Position numbers and translations under genes: made by a program. Shown here piece after piece: positions 35,885 to 46,600 of a stretch of DNA of 64,000 nt. A model generated the notes under the pieces. It was not told the DNA's origin. It ran no database searches and saw only the letters and a list, made by a program, of their open reading frames with translations. The number at the start of each line of letters is the position of its first letter. The stretch's first letter is position 1. Source of the DNA: Candidatus Micrarchaeota archaeon (GTDB lineage Archaea > Micrarchaeota > Micrarchaeia > Micrarchaeales > Micrarchaeaceae); NCBI GenBank assembly GCA_021792775.1, contig JAJYTZ010000001.1, positions 4,965 through 68,964 on the forward strand. Reading direction: 5' to 3'.

Positions 35885-36595
35885 TTAGTGGACAGTATCT
35901 GATTTAGAACCGGAAGCGCTGGAGGTACCAGAACGACGTCTATTGCGCTTCGCAGGTTGATGTGGTGTGTATTTTCCGCCCCCTTTGGGAGGTGATTGTC
36001 CGTTCGCGAAATGGAGAAGAAAGTAATCCCTAAGGTCTGATATTGTAGCATTGTAATTGAGTAGCCTGTGCCTGACAGTGCCTACGATTTCAGAAAAGAC
36101 AAGATATCGCTTGCTTTCAGTTATCCAGCTTATCAAGCTTTCACCTGAATTATTATTCATAAAATTGGTTATTGACCTTATAACGCGTGCTTCGGCACGT
36201 GCGTATGTTAGGCGTGGGGCGAAGAATTTTCTACCAGACCTTTCTGTCTTTTTCTTTAGGAGGTCCAGACTTCTGGATATCTTCTGTAGTTCCTTAAGCG
36301 CAGGGTGCTTCCTCGGTTTCACGATTCTGGATTCGGCTGTCGATATGGCAGCGGCTATCGACTTTGCTTTAACAATGTCGCGTACAAGACCAGCAGCAAA
36401 CTCTTTTGTCTCTTGGTCGTGATATCCGTCTGTCTTTATTATGTTAGTTGTAGTTCGCATAAGAGTTCGCATAAATCCGGAAAAGCTAACTACGCTATCC
36501 GGAGGATTTCTTAGATATTTTAGTTGTTCTGTTATAATGCCTGCATGTAGGGCAACTTGACTTAGAGAATCTTCTACCTTTTTACGTCTATCCAT
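35885..36595 (-). CDS. Hypothetical protein with basic Ser/Arg-rich C-terminus
   Basis: 236-aa ORF; no motif recognised. Confidence 0.45.
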   Translation of the reverse strand: MDRRKKVEDSLSQVALHAGIITEQLKYLRNPPDSVVSFSGFMRTLMRTTTNIIKTDGYHDQETKEFAAGLVRDIVKAKSIAAAISTAESRIVKPRKHPALKELQKISRSLDLLKKKTERSGRKFFAPRLTYARAEARVIRSITNFMNNNSGESLISWITESKRYLVFSEIVGTVRHRLLNYNATISDLRDYFLLHFANGQSPPKGGGKYTPHQPAKRNRRRSGTSSASGSKSDTVH

Positions 36596-36600
36596 TTAAA

Positions 36601-37476
36601 TCACTTATTATTTCTGTTTTCTGATATATAAGCATTTTGGTTGTACGCTGAAGAGTGATGTTGCTTAGGGAGTGCACCTCTCTGTGATCCCTTCCTTCTT
36701 TTTAGGAAGGGTACTCCGAAGTATGCCAATGCAAGAGATGCGACCGATATCAGGAAGATAAGGATCTCGAAATGGAAGATGCCGATACTCTTGGAGAATG
36801 GTACGAAGAAATCGACAAGCCCCATCGGAAGTGCAAGTGCCAAATATTTCTTCCTTCCGTAGAAAGCTGCGGCAAATGCAAGTATGCCCCATGAGAGATG
36901 GATTATTATTGAAGATACCCTTTCAAGTATCCCTAAGAGGATGGATACGGTTGGAATTCCTCCAAGAAGGAGGGATGGGTTCGAAGAGGCGATAGAGTTA
37001 TACACTGTTGAAGAAGCGGCGGTCCCGCCATGGATTATTGCGAATGCGCTTATGATGTTTATAATGGGGAGCACACCCAGAAGGATTCCGTTTTCCCAGA
37101 ATGCGAGCAGAAGGCCGTATGATATTCCATCAATCGCCTTAGTTTCTCTCTTCCTGACAAGGTATCTTGCAAATATGTACGCAAGCCCTACTTCAAGTAT
37201 GGCGGTCTGAAGGCCGTAATATAGGCCTTGTATGTAAAGATTTTGAGGCAGATACCCAATGGTAAGCTCCTGGAACACCACCTTTACCGTAATCGCAATT
37301 GCATATGCAAATAGCGAATACATCAAGATGATGAAGCCGAACCTCCTCTTTCTGTACCAGTACATTACAAGAATGGTGGATATTAAGACTGCGGCGATAG
37401 GCTCGAGAAGGTACCACAAGTTTATATCCTGCATTGTTACCATCGGATTGAAAGTATTAATAATCATTCTACACAA
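36601..37476 (-). CDS. Polytopic membrane protein, YhfC-like (putative intramembrane metalloprotease family)
   Basis: 291 aa, about 7 TM helices. FWENGILLG and LERVSSIIIHLSWGIL resemble the YhfC/DUF2324 E...H motifs. Tentative. Confidence 0.45.
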   Translation of the reverse strand: MCRMIINTFNPMVTMQDINLWYLLEPIAAVLISTILVMYWYRKRRFGFIILMYSLFAYAIAITVKVVFQELTIGYLPQNLYIQGLYYGLQTAILEVGLAYIFARYLVRKRETKAIDGISYGLLLAFWENGILLGVLPIINIISAFAIIHGGTAASSTVYNSIASSNPSLLLGGIPTVSILLGILERVSSIIIHLSWGILAFAAAFYGRKKYLALALPMGLVDFFVPFSKSIGIFHFEILIFLISVASLALAYFGVPFLKRRKGSQRGALPKQHHSSAYNQNAYISENRNNK

Positions 37477-37490
37477 GTCTGTAAGATATT

Positions 37491-38468
37491 ATGCAACACC
37501 AAAGCAAGCACGATTCTGATCCTGATGCAGGATATTCTGGAGGTACGGCAATTGCTGTTGATTTATTAGTGCTCGCAGCCATTTCTGGCATTGCATGGTT
37601 CTTCACCGGAAGTGTGTTTGTCTCTGTGGCAGTATTCTTTTTCGTACTGATGATACTTTTAGCCCTCTCTATCAGAGTCCTTGACCAATGGAACAAGATG
37701 GCTGTGCTTAGGCTTGGGAAGTATAAAGGAATTATAGGCCCTGGACTATTCTTCATAGTGCCTGTGATAGACTCCACTCCAATAAAGGTAGATACAAGAG
37801 TCATAAGCACTGCATTCAAGGCAGAGAAGACCCTTACAAAAGACAACGTCCCGGTAGATGTGGATGCGATACTGTTCTGGAAGGTGCGGGATTCGAAGAG
37901 CGCGATACTGAACGTACAGTCATATTACGATTCGGTGCTGCTCGCCGCACAAACAGCCATGAGGGACGTTATAGGGAAGAGCGCACTAGCATCCATGCTT
38001 GCTGGCAGAGACATAATAGGGAATGATATAAAGGGACTTATAGAGGAGAGGGTAAAGGATTGGGGGATAGAAGCGATATCTGTAGAGATAAGAGATGTTA
38101 CCATACCGGACGAGCTCCAGAACGCCATGGCGCGAGTTGCGACTTCCGACAGAGAGAAACAGGCGCGGGTCATACTCGCGGAGAGCGAATCCCTCGCTGC
38201 GGATAAGATGCTTGAGGCTGCAGGAAAGTATTCGAACCATCCCCAGGCGATGCAGCTCAGGGCACTTAACATGATGTATGAGATAAGCCTTACCGGGAAG
38301 AACGTTATGGTATTCATACCTACAGAGAGCAGAGGGCTCAGCATACCTGTGCCGTTCGGGCTGGCTGGAATAGATGAATACCTGAAGAAGGGAAAATTTG
38401 AGGGATCTACGATAACGCCCAAACCGAAGGGGAAGGAAATCAAGGTGCAGATTCCTCTAGACGAATGA
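37491..38468 (+). CDS. SPFH/band 7 (stomatin/slipin-like) membrane protein
   Basis: 325 aa. N-terminal TM helices, then VLRLGKYKGIIGPGLFFIVPVID...TKDNVPVDVDAILFWKV...REKQARVILAESE. Confidence 0.85.
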   Translation: MQHQSKHDSDPDAGYSGGTAIAVDLLVLAAISGIAWFFTGSVFVSVAVFFFVLMILLALSIRVLDQWNKMAVLRLGKYKGIIGPGLFFIVPVIDSTPIKVDTRVISTAFKAEKTLTKDNVPVDVDAILFWKVRDSKSAILNVQSYYDSVLLAAQTAMRDVIGKSALASMLAGRDIIGNDIKGLIEERVKDWGIEAISVEIRDVTIPDELQNAMARVATSDREKQARVILAESESLAADKMLEAAGKYSNHPQAMQLRALNMMYEISLTGKNVMVFIPTESRGLSIPVPFGLAGIDEYLKKGKFEGSTITPKPKGKEIKVQIPLDE

Positions 38469-38559
38469 CGGTGTTGTAGTTAGAAGGATGGCACCTTGCA
38501 GCACCCATTGTGGGTAGCCTACGCGCCTCAAATAAATATTTTGCTATGCATACCTTACC

Positions 38560-39000
38560 ATGCTGATTTCTTTCAAGGATAAGACAGAGATAAAAACTGG
38601 CTCGGAAGAGCTTATTTCCTTTTTATCTGATACAGAAAGGACCGCAAAGTGCGTACCAGACTCGAAAGAGTTTGCGCGTATAGACGATACACGTTTCTCT
38701 ATAATAGTGAATCTCGGGGTGGGGATTGTCAGAGGAAATTTCAAGATGGACGGCAAGGTAAACGTGATTTCCGAGAACCGTCTCTCCTATTCACTTTCCG
38801 GGAAAGGACTTGGAAGCGAGATAAGAATAAGGCTTGACCTAGTCGTTGATGGATCCGGTAATACTTCTGTGCTATCGTGGAGCGCAGATGCGGAGCTGAG
38901 AGGAGTGATAAGCGGGGTAGGGGAAGGAATATTAAGAGGCGTTGCTGAAGAAAAGATTAGGAAGATAGTCTCTAATATAAGGGGGTCTATTGAGAAGTAG
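38560..39000 (+). CDS. SRPBCC/CoxG-family protein
   Basis: 146 aa. LISFLSDTERTAKCVPD...GVGIVRGNFKMDG...GVGEGILRGVAEEKIRK resembles CoxG. Confidence 0.6.
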   Translation: MLISFKDKTEIKTGSEELISFLSDTERTAKCVPDSKEFARIDDTRFSIIVNLGVGIVRGNFKMDGKVNVISENRLSYSLSGKGLGSEIRIRLDLVVDGSGNTSVLSWSADAELRGVISGVGEGILRGVAEEKIRKIVSNIRGSIEK

Positions 39001-40227
39001 GTGGATAGAATGGAGGAGCTGTTTGCTAAATCTATAGAATATGCATCGCTTATGCATAAAATATCTGAGGATGAGATGAAGGTGCTTATCTCCGCCGACA
39101 AGGCGGGAGACGAGCTCGCCGGGCCAGAATATGAGCACTACATGAAGCGTGAGTTCAACTCTGAAACTCCCGGGATACTTTCTAGGAATTCCCTTCTCGG
39201 CCTTCCTGTCAGCAAAGAATACGGGGGACTCGACATGCCTCCCATAATCTCCGTTCTTGTGAAGGAAAGGTTGGGGCAGCTTGGAATGGGAATCTCCAGC
39301 TTCATGAACGTGCAGCTCTTTCTATGCGAACAGACAATAGAAAGATGGGGGAGTGATACGCAGAAAAAGGAACATCTGCCGAAAGCGGTAAAGGGCGAAA
39401 AGATATACGCTTTTGGGCTTACCGAACCTGAGGCGGGCAGCGATCCAGCATCATTGCGCGCAGAGTACAAGAGAGACGGATCTGCGTTCAAGATCACAGG
39501 CACCAAATATCTTATATCGAATGGCACAATATCCGATCACATCATAGTTTTTGCAAGAGAGAGGGATTCTGGAAAGATAAGTGCATTCATAGTAGACGCA
39601 AGAAGCGCGGGGATCGGAAGGATTGAGCTGAGGGAGAAAATCGGACTTTTTACATCGGATACAGGGATGATAGAGTTCGATGATGTTGAAATCCCGCAAG
39701 AGAATATGATAGGGAATGAGGGCGCTGGCATGCATATTGCATATTCTGCCTTGCTCAACGCGAGACTTGGAGTTGCGGGAGGATGCGTAGGAATCATAGA
39801 TAGCGCGCTCAAAGCGTCTGTAAACAGAGCAAGAGAGAGAATACAGCACGGGAAGGAGATAGGTAAGCATCAGCTCATTCAACAGCACATATCTGCGATA
39901 GCGCAGAACCTCGAGATGGCAAGATGGCCGACATACTATGCTGCAGTAAGGAAGCAGTATTATGAGAAGAATCCGGAAGATATAACGCTCATGGAAGAGA
40001 CCGAAAGGAATGTCTCTCTCGCAAAGAGAATAGCTTCAAGACTCGCCTTTGAGTCTGCAGACAGAGCTGTTCAGATACACGGAGGATTTGGATATTCTCT
40101 TATGTCGCCCGTTGGACAGCTTTTCTGCGACAGCAGAGTAGCAAGGATATATGAGGGCACAGACGAAATACAGGACCTCAAGATAGCATCTGGACTGTTA
40201 GGGAAGGGTTTTGAGGCGTATAGGTGA
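39001..40227 (+). CDS. Acyl-CoA dehydrogenase
   Basis: 408 aa (GTG start). FGLTEPEAGSDPASL, ISNG, QIHGGFGY and IYEGTDEIQ motifs. Confidence 0.9.
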   Translation: MDRMEELFAKSIEYASLMHKISEDEMKVLISADKAGDELAGPEYEHYMKREFNSETPGILSRNSLLGLPVSKEYGGLDMPPIISVLVKERLGQLGMGISSFMNVQLFLCEQTIERWGSDTQKKEHLPKAVKGEKIYAFGLTEPEAGSDPASLRAEYKRDGSAFKITGTKYLISNGTISDHIIVFARERDSGKISAFIVDARSAGIGRIELREKIGLFTSDTGMIEFDDVEIPQENMIGNEGAGMHIAYSALLNARLGVAGGCVGIIDSALKASVNRARERIQHGKEIGKHQLIQQHISAIAQNLEMARWPTYYAAVRKQYYEKNPEDITLMEETERNVSLAKRIASRLAFESADRAVQIHGGFGYSLMSPVGQLFCDSRVARIYEGTDEIQDLKIASGLLGKGFEAYR

Positions 40228-40231
40228 TTGG

Positions 40232-40744
40232 ATGAATATGAAGTTCAGAGGAAAGACACCTGCCATCAGTAGCGCGGTCCTCATAGACGAGAGTGCTGTG
40301 ATTATAGGGAACGTTAGGGTAGGGAGCGGCTCGAGCATATGGCCTGGGGCTGTGCTAAGGGGCGATATGAACTACGTGAGGGTAGGAAAGAATGTTAGCG
40401 TGCAGGACAATGCTGTGCTGCACGGAACGGCAGACAAGTTTCCGACAATAGTGGGGGATAATGTCACGATAGGCCATGGCGCGATTGTGCATGGATGCAG
40501 AATAGGGGACAACTGCCTTATAGGGATGGGAGCGATAATACTGGAAGGCGCAAAGGTGGGGAATTGGTGCATAGTTGCTGCCGGCTGTGTAGTTCCGGAG
40601 GGAATGGTTATACCGAGTAACAGCCTTGCGATTGGAGTACCGGCAAAGATAAGGGGAAGGCTGACAGCAGAGCAGAAAAGAAGGATAACACTTAACTGGA
40701 AGGCTTATGTAAAACTTTCGGAGGAGTATACAAGAATACATTAA
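40232..40744 (+). CDS. Gamma-class carbonic anhydrase-like / PaaY-like hexapeptide-repeat protein
   Basis: Left-handed beta-helix repeats (IIGNVRVGSGSSIWPGAVLRGD...VGKNVSVQDNAVLH...IGDNVTIGHGAIVHGC...). Confidence 0.8.
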   Translation: MNMKFRGKTPAISSAVLIDESAVIIGNVRVGSGSSIWPGAVLRGDMNYVRVGKNVSVQDNAVLHGTADKFPTIVGDNVTIGHGAIVHGCRIGDNCLIGMGAIILEGAKVGNWCIVAAGCVVPEGMVIPSNSLAIGVPAKIRGRLTAEQKRRITLNWKAYVKLSEEYTRIH

Positions 40745-40759
40745 CCATTTATCTCTTTC

Positions 40760-41521
40760 ATGCCATTCAGAATCATGGGATTGGTTGATTATAATAATGG
40801 GGAGATATTCGATATAAAGCTAAATAGGCCGGAAAAACTGAACGCGATGAACAGGGAGATGCTTGAACTCCTCGTCGATGCCTTTGGAAAAGCCGATGCA
40901 TCCGAAGAGAGCAGGGTTGTATTGCTTTCTGGGACTGGGGGCTCGTTCTGTGCGGGTATAGACCTCGCTTATCTTGCGTCCCTAAAGAGCGAAGAGGATG
41001 CGGGAAGGGCGTTTGATCTTTTCCATAAGCTCAATGATGGGATATGGAAATCGGATAAGATAGTGGTAGTTGCGATAAACGGTTACTGCCTTGGCGGGGG
41101 CAACGAACTTGCGATGGCATGCGACCTCAGAGTGGCAGAAAAAGGGGCAGTGTTTGGACAACCAGAGGTAAGACATGGGATAACTCCAGGGGGAGGAGCA
41201 ACTTATCGTTTGCCGTATCTGATCGGAGGGGCAAGGGCGAGAAGGATGATGCTTAGTGGGAACCAGATAGATGCCGATGAAGCGCTAGATATCGGGTTGA
41301 TAGACGAAGTTGTTGAGAAGGATGATGCGTATGGAGCGGCATATAAATTATGCGAAGAGATTGCGGAGATTCCAGAAGGGGCGGTTGCGCTGACAAAGAG
41401 GGCAGTAAACTCACAGTTCGTTTACGACACTTCGGCGGAGAGGAATGCATTTTTAAAGAGTTTGATGAGTGATTCTGCGAGAAGGAAGATAGCTGCATTT
41501 CTCTCGAAGAGGAAGGTTTGA
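40760..41521 (+). CDS. Enoyl-CoA hydratase (crotonase family)
   Basis: 253 aa. FCAGIDL oxyanion motif, AINGYCLGGGNELAMACDLRVA and GQPEV. Confidence 0.85.
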   Translation: MPFRIMGLVDYNNGEIFDIKLNRPEKLNAMNREMLELLVDAFGKADASEESRVVLLSGTGGSFCAGIDLAYLASLKSEEDAGRAFDLFHKLNDGIWKSDKIVVVAINGYCLGGGNELAMACDLRVAEKGAVFGQPEVRHGITPGGGATYRLPYLIGGARARRMMLSGNQIDADEALDIGLIDEVVEKDDAYGAAYKLCEEIAEIPEGAVALTKRAVNSQFVYDTSAERNAFLKSLMSDSARRKIAAFLSKRKV

Positions 41522-41526
41522 AGGAT

Positions 41527-42738
41527 ATGGAAGATGCATACATACTTGAAGCTGTAAGGAGCCCGATAGGCAAGTTTATGGGGGGAATGGCCGCGCTTTC
41601 TGCAATAGATATTGCATCACAGGTTGTGAAAGGGCTTGTATCAAAATTTGGGGATCCGATCTCTCCGGATGGTCTGATATGTGGGAATGTGCTTTCTGCA
41701 GGACTTGGACAGAACCCGGCAAAACAGGTTGTGATGAGCGCGGGATTAAAACCAACGGTACCTGCATTTAGTGTCAATATGGTATGCGCGTCTGGGCTTA
41801 AGGCTGTTGAGATAGCTGCGAATATGGTAAGGACCGGAGACGCAGATATCATCATAGCTGGTGGGATGGAAAGCATGTCGAATTCGCCGAGGATAATAAG
41901 GAGTAGTAGGGGTTTTAGAAAAACGGGAGACATCGGGCTTCCGGAATTCTGCAAATACTCTTCTGGAAGAGATGAGGATTACAAGCTCATAGATGAGATG
42001 GTTTATGATGGGCTTTGGGACTGTTATTCAGACATGCATATGGGAGGGCTGGCTGAGAAAATAGGAAGAAGGTACGGTATCTCAAGAGAGGAGCAGGATA
42101 GATTCGCATTGGAGAGCCACCATAAGGCAAAGAGCGCAAGAAGCGATGGCAGATTCGGAGGAGAGATTGTGGGAATAAAAGCAGGCGAGGATTTAATTTC
42201 TGAGGATGAAGGAATCAGGAATGATACCTCGATGGAGAAGCTCGGAGAGCTTAAACCTGCATTCGGAGACTGGACGATAACAGCTGGTAACTCATCGCAA
42301 TTGAGCGATGGTGCTGCGTTCGTAGTAGTTGCTTCGAAGAGGAAGGCTGATGAGATGGGAATAAGACCAATGGCTAAGGTGGTGTCCTTTGCTGATAGCG
42401 GCATAGAGCCTGAATGGTACGGGCTTGCTCCAATAGACTCGGTAAGGAAGGTATTGGAAAAGAGAGGCCTGGATTTGAATGGAATCGATCTGATAGAGAT
42501 AAACGAGGCGTTTGCGGTGCAAACTATCGCTGTTGCAAGGGAGTTAGGTATAGATTACTCAAGACTTAATGTGAATGGAGGCGCGATTGCGCTTGGACAC
42601 CCAATAGGTGCTTCCGGAGCGCGGATATTGACTACGCTCGTGCATGCGATGAGAAGAGGAAAAAGGAGGTATGGGTTGGCTTCTCTTTGCCACGGAGGCG
42701 GAGGATCCGCGTCTATGGTATTAAGCTTGGTGGAATAA
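41527..42738 (+). CDS. Acetyl-CoA C-acetyltransferase (thiolase II)
   Basis: VNMVCASGLKA (active Cys), NEAFA, NVNGGAIALGHPIGASGARI and CHGGG motifs. An alternative TTG start lies at 41518. Confidence 0.9.
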   Translation: MEDAYILEAVRSPIGKFMGGMAALSAIDIASQVVKGLVSKFGDPISPDGLICGNVLSAGLGQNPAKQVVMSAGLKPTVPAFSVNMVCASGLKAVEIAANMVRTGDADIIIAGGMESMSNSPRIIRSSRGFRKTGDIGLPEFCKYSSGRDEDYKLIDEMVYDGLWDCYSDMHMGGLAEKIGRRYGISREEQDRFALESHHKAKSARSDGRFGGEIVGIKAGEDLISEDEGIRNDTSMEKLGELKPAFGDWTITAGNSSQLSDGAAFVVVASKRKADEMGIRPMAKVVSFADSGIEPEWYGLAPIDSVRKVLEKRGLDLNGIDLIEINEAFAVQTIAVARELGIDYSRLNVNGGAIALGHPIGASGARILTTLVHAMRRGKRRYGLASLCHGGGGSASMVLSLVE

Positions 42739-43604
42739 TGAAAAAGAAGGTATCTGTGATGGGCACCGGAACCATGGGAACTGGAATAGTCCATATGTTG
42801 GTAGTGTCTGATTACGAGGTTGTGTGGTTGGCCCACAGCAGCGGTTCTGTGGCGGGCGCGGTGGAAGGAATAAGGAAGAGTCTTGATAAGGCGCTGGGAA
42901 AGAAGGTCATCAGCAGAGACGATGCATCTATGGCGATGGGAAGAGTCTCTGCAACAACCGATTACAGAGAGATGGAGGGCTCAGAAGCGATAATTGAGGC
43001 GGTCACGGAATCAGAAGCAATGAAGATGGAGGTGCTGAAGAATGCAGACAGATACAGAGGCTCGGCGATAATAGCGACAAACACCTCATCCATATCTATA
43101 ACGAGGCTGGCTGCTGCGATTCTGGACAAGGAGGCATTCCTAGGCATGCATTTCTTCAACCCGGTACCTGTAATGAAACCGATTGAAATGATAGTAACTG
43201 AATACACTTCTGGAGAGACGGAGAGAAGGGCGTTAGGAATTGCGGACGCGTGTGGAAAGACTGTGATAAAGGTAAAGGACTATCCGGGTTTTGTGGCGAA
43301 CAACATCCTCATGCAGATGCTCAACGAGGCTGTTGTACTGCTTGAGAAGGGAGTAGCTGAGAAGGAAGGGATAGACAAGATAGTAAGGCTTGGATTGAAC
43401 CATCCGATGGGACCGCTTGAGCTGGCGGACTTCATAGGATTGGATGTATGCAAGGATATATCGGATTCGATATATAGGGCTACAAAGGATGAGAGGTTTA
43501 AGACGCCTGAGCTGATAAATCGGTTGGTAGAGTCGGGAAAGCTGGGGAGAAAGTCTGGAGAGGGTTTTTACTCATACAGGCAAAGAGATACGTATGATGT
43601 TTAG
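42738..43604 (+). CDS. 3-hydroxyacyl-CoA dehydrogenase
   Basis: MKKKVSVMGTGTMGTGIV Rossmann start (TAATG overlap with the thiolase stop), NTSS, HFFNPV, GFVANN and PMGP motifs. Confidence 0.9.
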   Translation: MKKKVSVMGTGTMGTGIVHMLVVSDYEVVWLAHSSGSVAGAVEGIRKSLDKALGKKVISRDDASMAMGRVSATTDYREMEGSEAIIEAVTESEAMKMEVLKNADRYRGSAIIATNTSSISITRLAAAILDKEAFLGMHFFNPVPVMKPIEMIVTEYTSGETERRALGIADACGKTVIKVKDYPGFVANNILMQMLNEAVVLLEKGVAEKEGIDKIVRLGLNHPMGPLELADFIGLDVCKDISDSIYRATKDERFKTPELINRLVESGKLGRKSGEGFYSYRQRDTYDV

Positions 43605-46600
43605 GAGGGTGTGTGAAGTACCGATATCTTTACCACAGAGCCCTCAAAATTTATCTCCTTGTGATCATCTCCTATCAGTTTCTCCTTTATTGATATGGCA
43701 TTCAGGTCTTTCTTCAGCTTCTTTGCGTTCTTCGCTATTACCACCGATATATCTTCTGAAGACCCATATCCTATCTTTATCTTGTCGGGACGCTTCAAGC
43801 CTAGCTTTTTTCTTGATAGCTGTACCTCGCGTTCGATCTCTCTTATCAGGGCTTCCTCCTTCAGCTCTGGTGTGATTTCCTTGTTGACTGCCGCAGTGCC
43901 ATATTTGAATATTACAGCGTCTCCGGCCTCTGTGCCTTGCACTACTGTGAAGTGTTCGGCCGTTATCCTTACTTCGCCAACTTCTGTCTTAAGCAGGAAA
44001 TAGCCGCTGCTTTCTACCCCTTTTCTCAGCTCTGTGGCGTCAGTTCCTTTCAGTGCGGATGCCACAGCTCCTGCCTTATCCTTGAAGTCAGGACCTATTT
44101 TCCCGAATGCCGGTTTTACTTCCTCATTAACTCCAGATCTCTTCTTTATGATCAGTCCTTTCGAATTTGTCGAGCTCTCTATTATTTCGGCAAACCTACC
44201 TATTGCAGAGTACGCAGAGTCATCTGTTATTTCCAATGTAGCATCTGAAACCGGCCATTTTAATGGTATTCTGCTCTTTTCGCGGCAGTTAAGGATTGCA
44301 GTTATCGCCTCTTGTACGTATAGGAAATCCTCTTCCAGGGACTTGTCTATAAGGCGGCTATCTGGCTTTGGCCATTCTTCTAGGAATATGCTCTCTTTGA
44401 ATTTGTAATGATCGAGATATATCTTCTCAGGGGCAAATGGTGCGATAGGAGACATCATGATTAGGCAGTTAAAGAATATGTGGTTGATAAGGTCTATTAC
44501 GGATTTTGCCTGCCTCGTGCTCCCTGTCAGTATCTTTCTCTTCGCAATCTTTAGGTAAAACCTGCTAAGGTCTTCTATTACGAAATCCATTATTGCCTTC
44601 GTAGCATAGTATGGTTCATATCCATCTAGAGATTCTGTAATCTTTTTCTTTGTGGATTCGAATCTAGAGGCGATCCACATCTCTTCTTTCTCCAGTTTTC
44701 TTGAGATTCTTTTTAATTTGGGCTTGTAGTCGGTAGCGTCTGAATAATCTTTGATTAGATTTGAGATATTGTACAGCATTATCACGAATTTATCGCGGTC
44801 TTTTATGTCATCGTAGTCGAGCTCTCTGTTGCGTATGGGATCGTGTCCTATCGCCCATATCCTATATGCATCAGCAGTTGCGAAGTCAACCAGTTCTCCG
44901 AGCGGTTTGAAGTTACCGAAGCTCTTGCTCATCTTCCTCCCGTCAGAGCCCCAAAGTATTCCATGTACTATTATATGTTTCCAGGGATTCTTCCCGTATA
45001 CAAAAATCCCGACTTTCAATATGTATTGGAACCATGCTCTTATCTGTTCAATGTACTCAACAGCGAATTCTACAGGGAAAACGCGTTCGAACTGGTCCTT
45101 TGTGAGGCTCGCCCTAAATGCGCTTCCAGAGTCCCACCATACGTCCATAACATCAAGAACCCTTAAACTTTCGCCTCCGCACGCCGTGCACTTGAGTACC
45201 ACCTTATCTATGTAAGGCCTGTGCAGATCGGTTATAGACCGTACGTATTCCGGGTTTGATGAGGATTCTTCAAGCTCGCTTTTTGAACCTATGACAGTTA
45301 TAGTCCCGCATTCTTTACATACCCATATCGGCATGGGAATCGCCCAGTACCTTTGGCGGGAGATGCACCAGTCTGGAGAGTTTGTCAGGATGTCATTCTC
45401 CCAGGATCGCGCCTCTTCTGGATGCCACCTTATCTTTCTGTTCTCTCTTAGTAGCTTTGGTTTGATCTTCTGGACGTTCAGGAACCATTGCGGGGAGGCG
45501 ATGAAGATAACCTTAGAATGGCATCTCCAGCAATGCGGGTAGCTGTGCATAAGGGTTCCGTTTTTGAGAAGAACGCCGAGTCTCTCCAGATCTTCAAGTA
45601 CAGCTTTATTTGCCTCGTCTGGCACACGTATGCCTTTGTACTTTCCTGCATCTTCGTTGTAGGAGGCATTAGGAGAGATTGGGGAGAATATCGGAAGTTT
45701 CAATGAGAGACCCAAAGAGTAGTCCTCAAGACCATGGCCTGGCGCTACGTGAAGCAGCCCGGTGCCTTCAGCAACCGATACAAACTGTGCTCCGGAGACT
45801 ACCTTGTGGTAACGTCTTAGCTCCTTTTGTTTTGGAACGTCGTCTTCCAGGGCATTGACGTAGTAGATGCCAAGGATATCGCTTCCTCTGAACTCCTGCG
45901 TTACTATCGCGCTCTCCCCTAGGGCTTCTAACACAGAATCCAGCCTCGCCTTGGCAACAATATAGTCCTTGCCCTGTATCCTTGCACTAACATAAGGCTC
46001 ATTTTGATTTACTGCTATAGCTACATTTGCGGGCAAGGTCCAGGGGGTGGTCGTCCATACCAACAGATATGTTCCTTTTGTCAGTTTTATGCCAGATTTG
46101 TTAGATTTAGATGTATCTACCATGAAAGCAACAAATATAGAAGGGTCGCGTTCCTCTGAGTGTTCTATCTCCATAGTCCCTTGTGATACGACGCATTCAC
46201 AGTGAGGGCAATAACCCGTAGTCTTGCTCCCTTTATATAGGAATCCGCGCTCATGTGCAGTCTTTAGCATAGACCATGCAGTCTCGATGTAAGAGTTGGA
46301 ATGTGGAAGATAAGGATCGCTGAAATCGAGTGATATTCCGAAGCGTTCGTAGTCGTTTGTCATCCTGCCGATATAGTACTCTATGTATGTCCTGCACTCC
46401 TTGATGAAGTTCTCGATGCCGATCCGGTCCTCTATCTCTTTTTTGTGAGTTATCTTGAGTTTTTTCTCTACAGCGTTCTCTGTTGGAAGGCCATGTACAT
46501 CATAACCGGCGCGGTCTACAACATCAAAACCGCGGTACCTTTTATATCGTACAAAGAGATCCTTCAGTCCCTTGACCCAGATGTGGCCTGGATGAAGATC

